From the NCBI GenBank assembly GCA_002269645.1, contig NIVC01000398.1:34572-98571 (forward strand): a stretch of 64,000 nt of DNA. The letters are read 5' to 3'. Both the position numbers and the translations under genes were made by a program. The notes under the pieces were generated by a model, which was not told the DNA's origin, made no database searches, and saw only the letters and a program-made list of their open reading frames with translations. Shown piece by piece: positions 63,746 to 64,000 of the stretch (the first letter of the stretch is position 1; each line of letters opens with the position of its first letter). Source of the stretch: Macrostomum lignano (taxonomy: Eukaryota).

Positions 63746-64000
63746 TAGATATAGAAGCACTTCTTGTAAGTTCTACGTTTCGGCTCGCGAGTTCAGAACG
63801 GCTTTATGCAATAAATGGAGTAAAACTTTGCCATACTCCACTCCAAGACTCTGTATTTATGCACGTCTCTCCAGTGTCGGCTCTTTGTAATTCTGCTAAT
63901 TCTCACTAGGCCAGACTCAGACTCAGATATAGGGATTTGGAAAACTTTCTGTGTGAGCCAAATGCCCTCGAGGCAGAACAAGTCTCTTTCCCTTGTCGCG

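Overview
Eukaryotic, metazoan genomic DNA: GT-AG introns, TTAGGG-derived repeats and a TFAP2 gene. The minisatellite-saturated style with GC-rich exons is reminiscent of free-living flatworms such as Macrostomum, but the organism cannot be established from the sequence. Three spliced genes are supportable. (1) The 5' part of a BLTP2/KIAA0100/hobbit-like lipid-bridge gene on the minus strand (exons 8171-8252?, 3705-4207, 919-1091, 228-299; continues off the left edge). (2) A compact two-exon BCLAF1/THRAP3-like (Btz-motif) RS/RGG protein gene (+, 20401-21978). (3) The 5' part of an AP-2 (TFAP2) transcription factor gene (+, exons 56818-56853, 61924-62511, 62595-62649; continues off the right edge). 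About half of the window (roughly 32 kb by my boundary estimates) is tandem repeat, made of about 28 mostly unrelated mini/microsatellite arrays, including an 8.2-kb array with a ~3.13-kb higher-order duplication. Nearly all long ORFs in the supplied track are artefacts of these arrays. At 11.6-15.2 kb there is a TSD-verified nest of non-autonomous MULE and hAT DNA transposons with a foldback inverted repeat, and there are further hAT elements nearby. Between 23 and 53 kb the unique spacers look like decayed coding sequence. The most notable signals are kilobase-scale CpG-null, TpA-rich domains with a RIP-like dinucleotide signature; a TFAP2 first exon matching vertebrate TFAP2A isoform 1c, with a cluster of AP-2 sites upstream; and the nested transposon complex.
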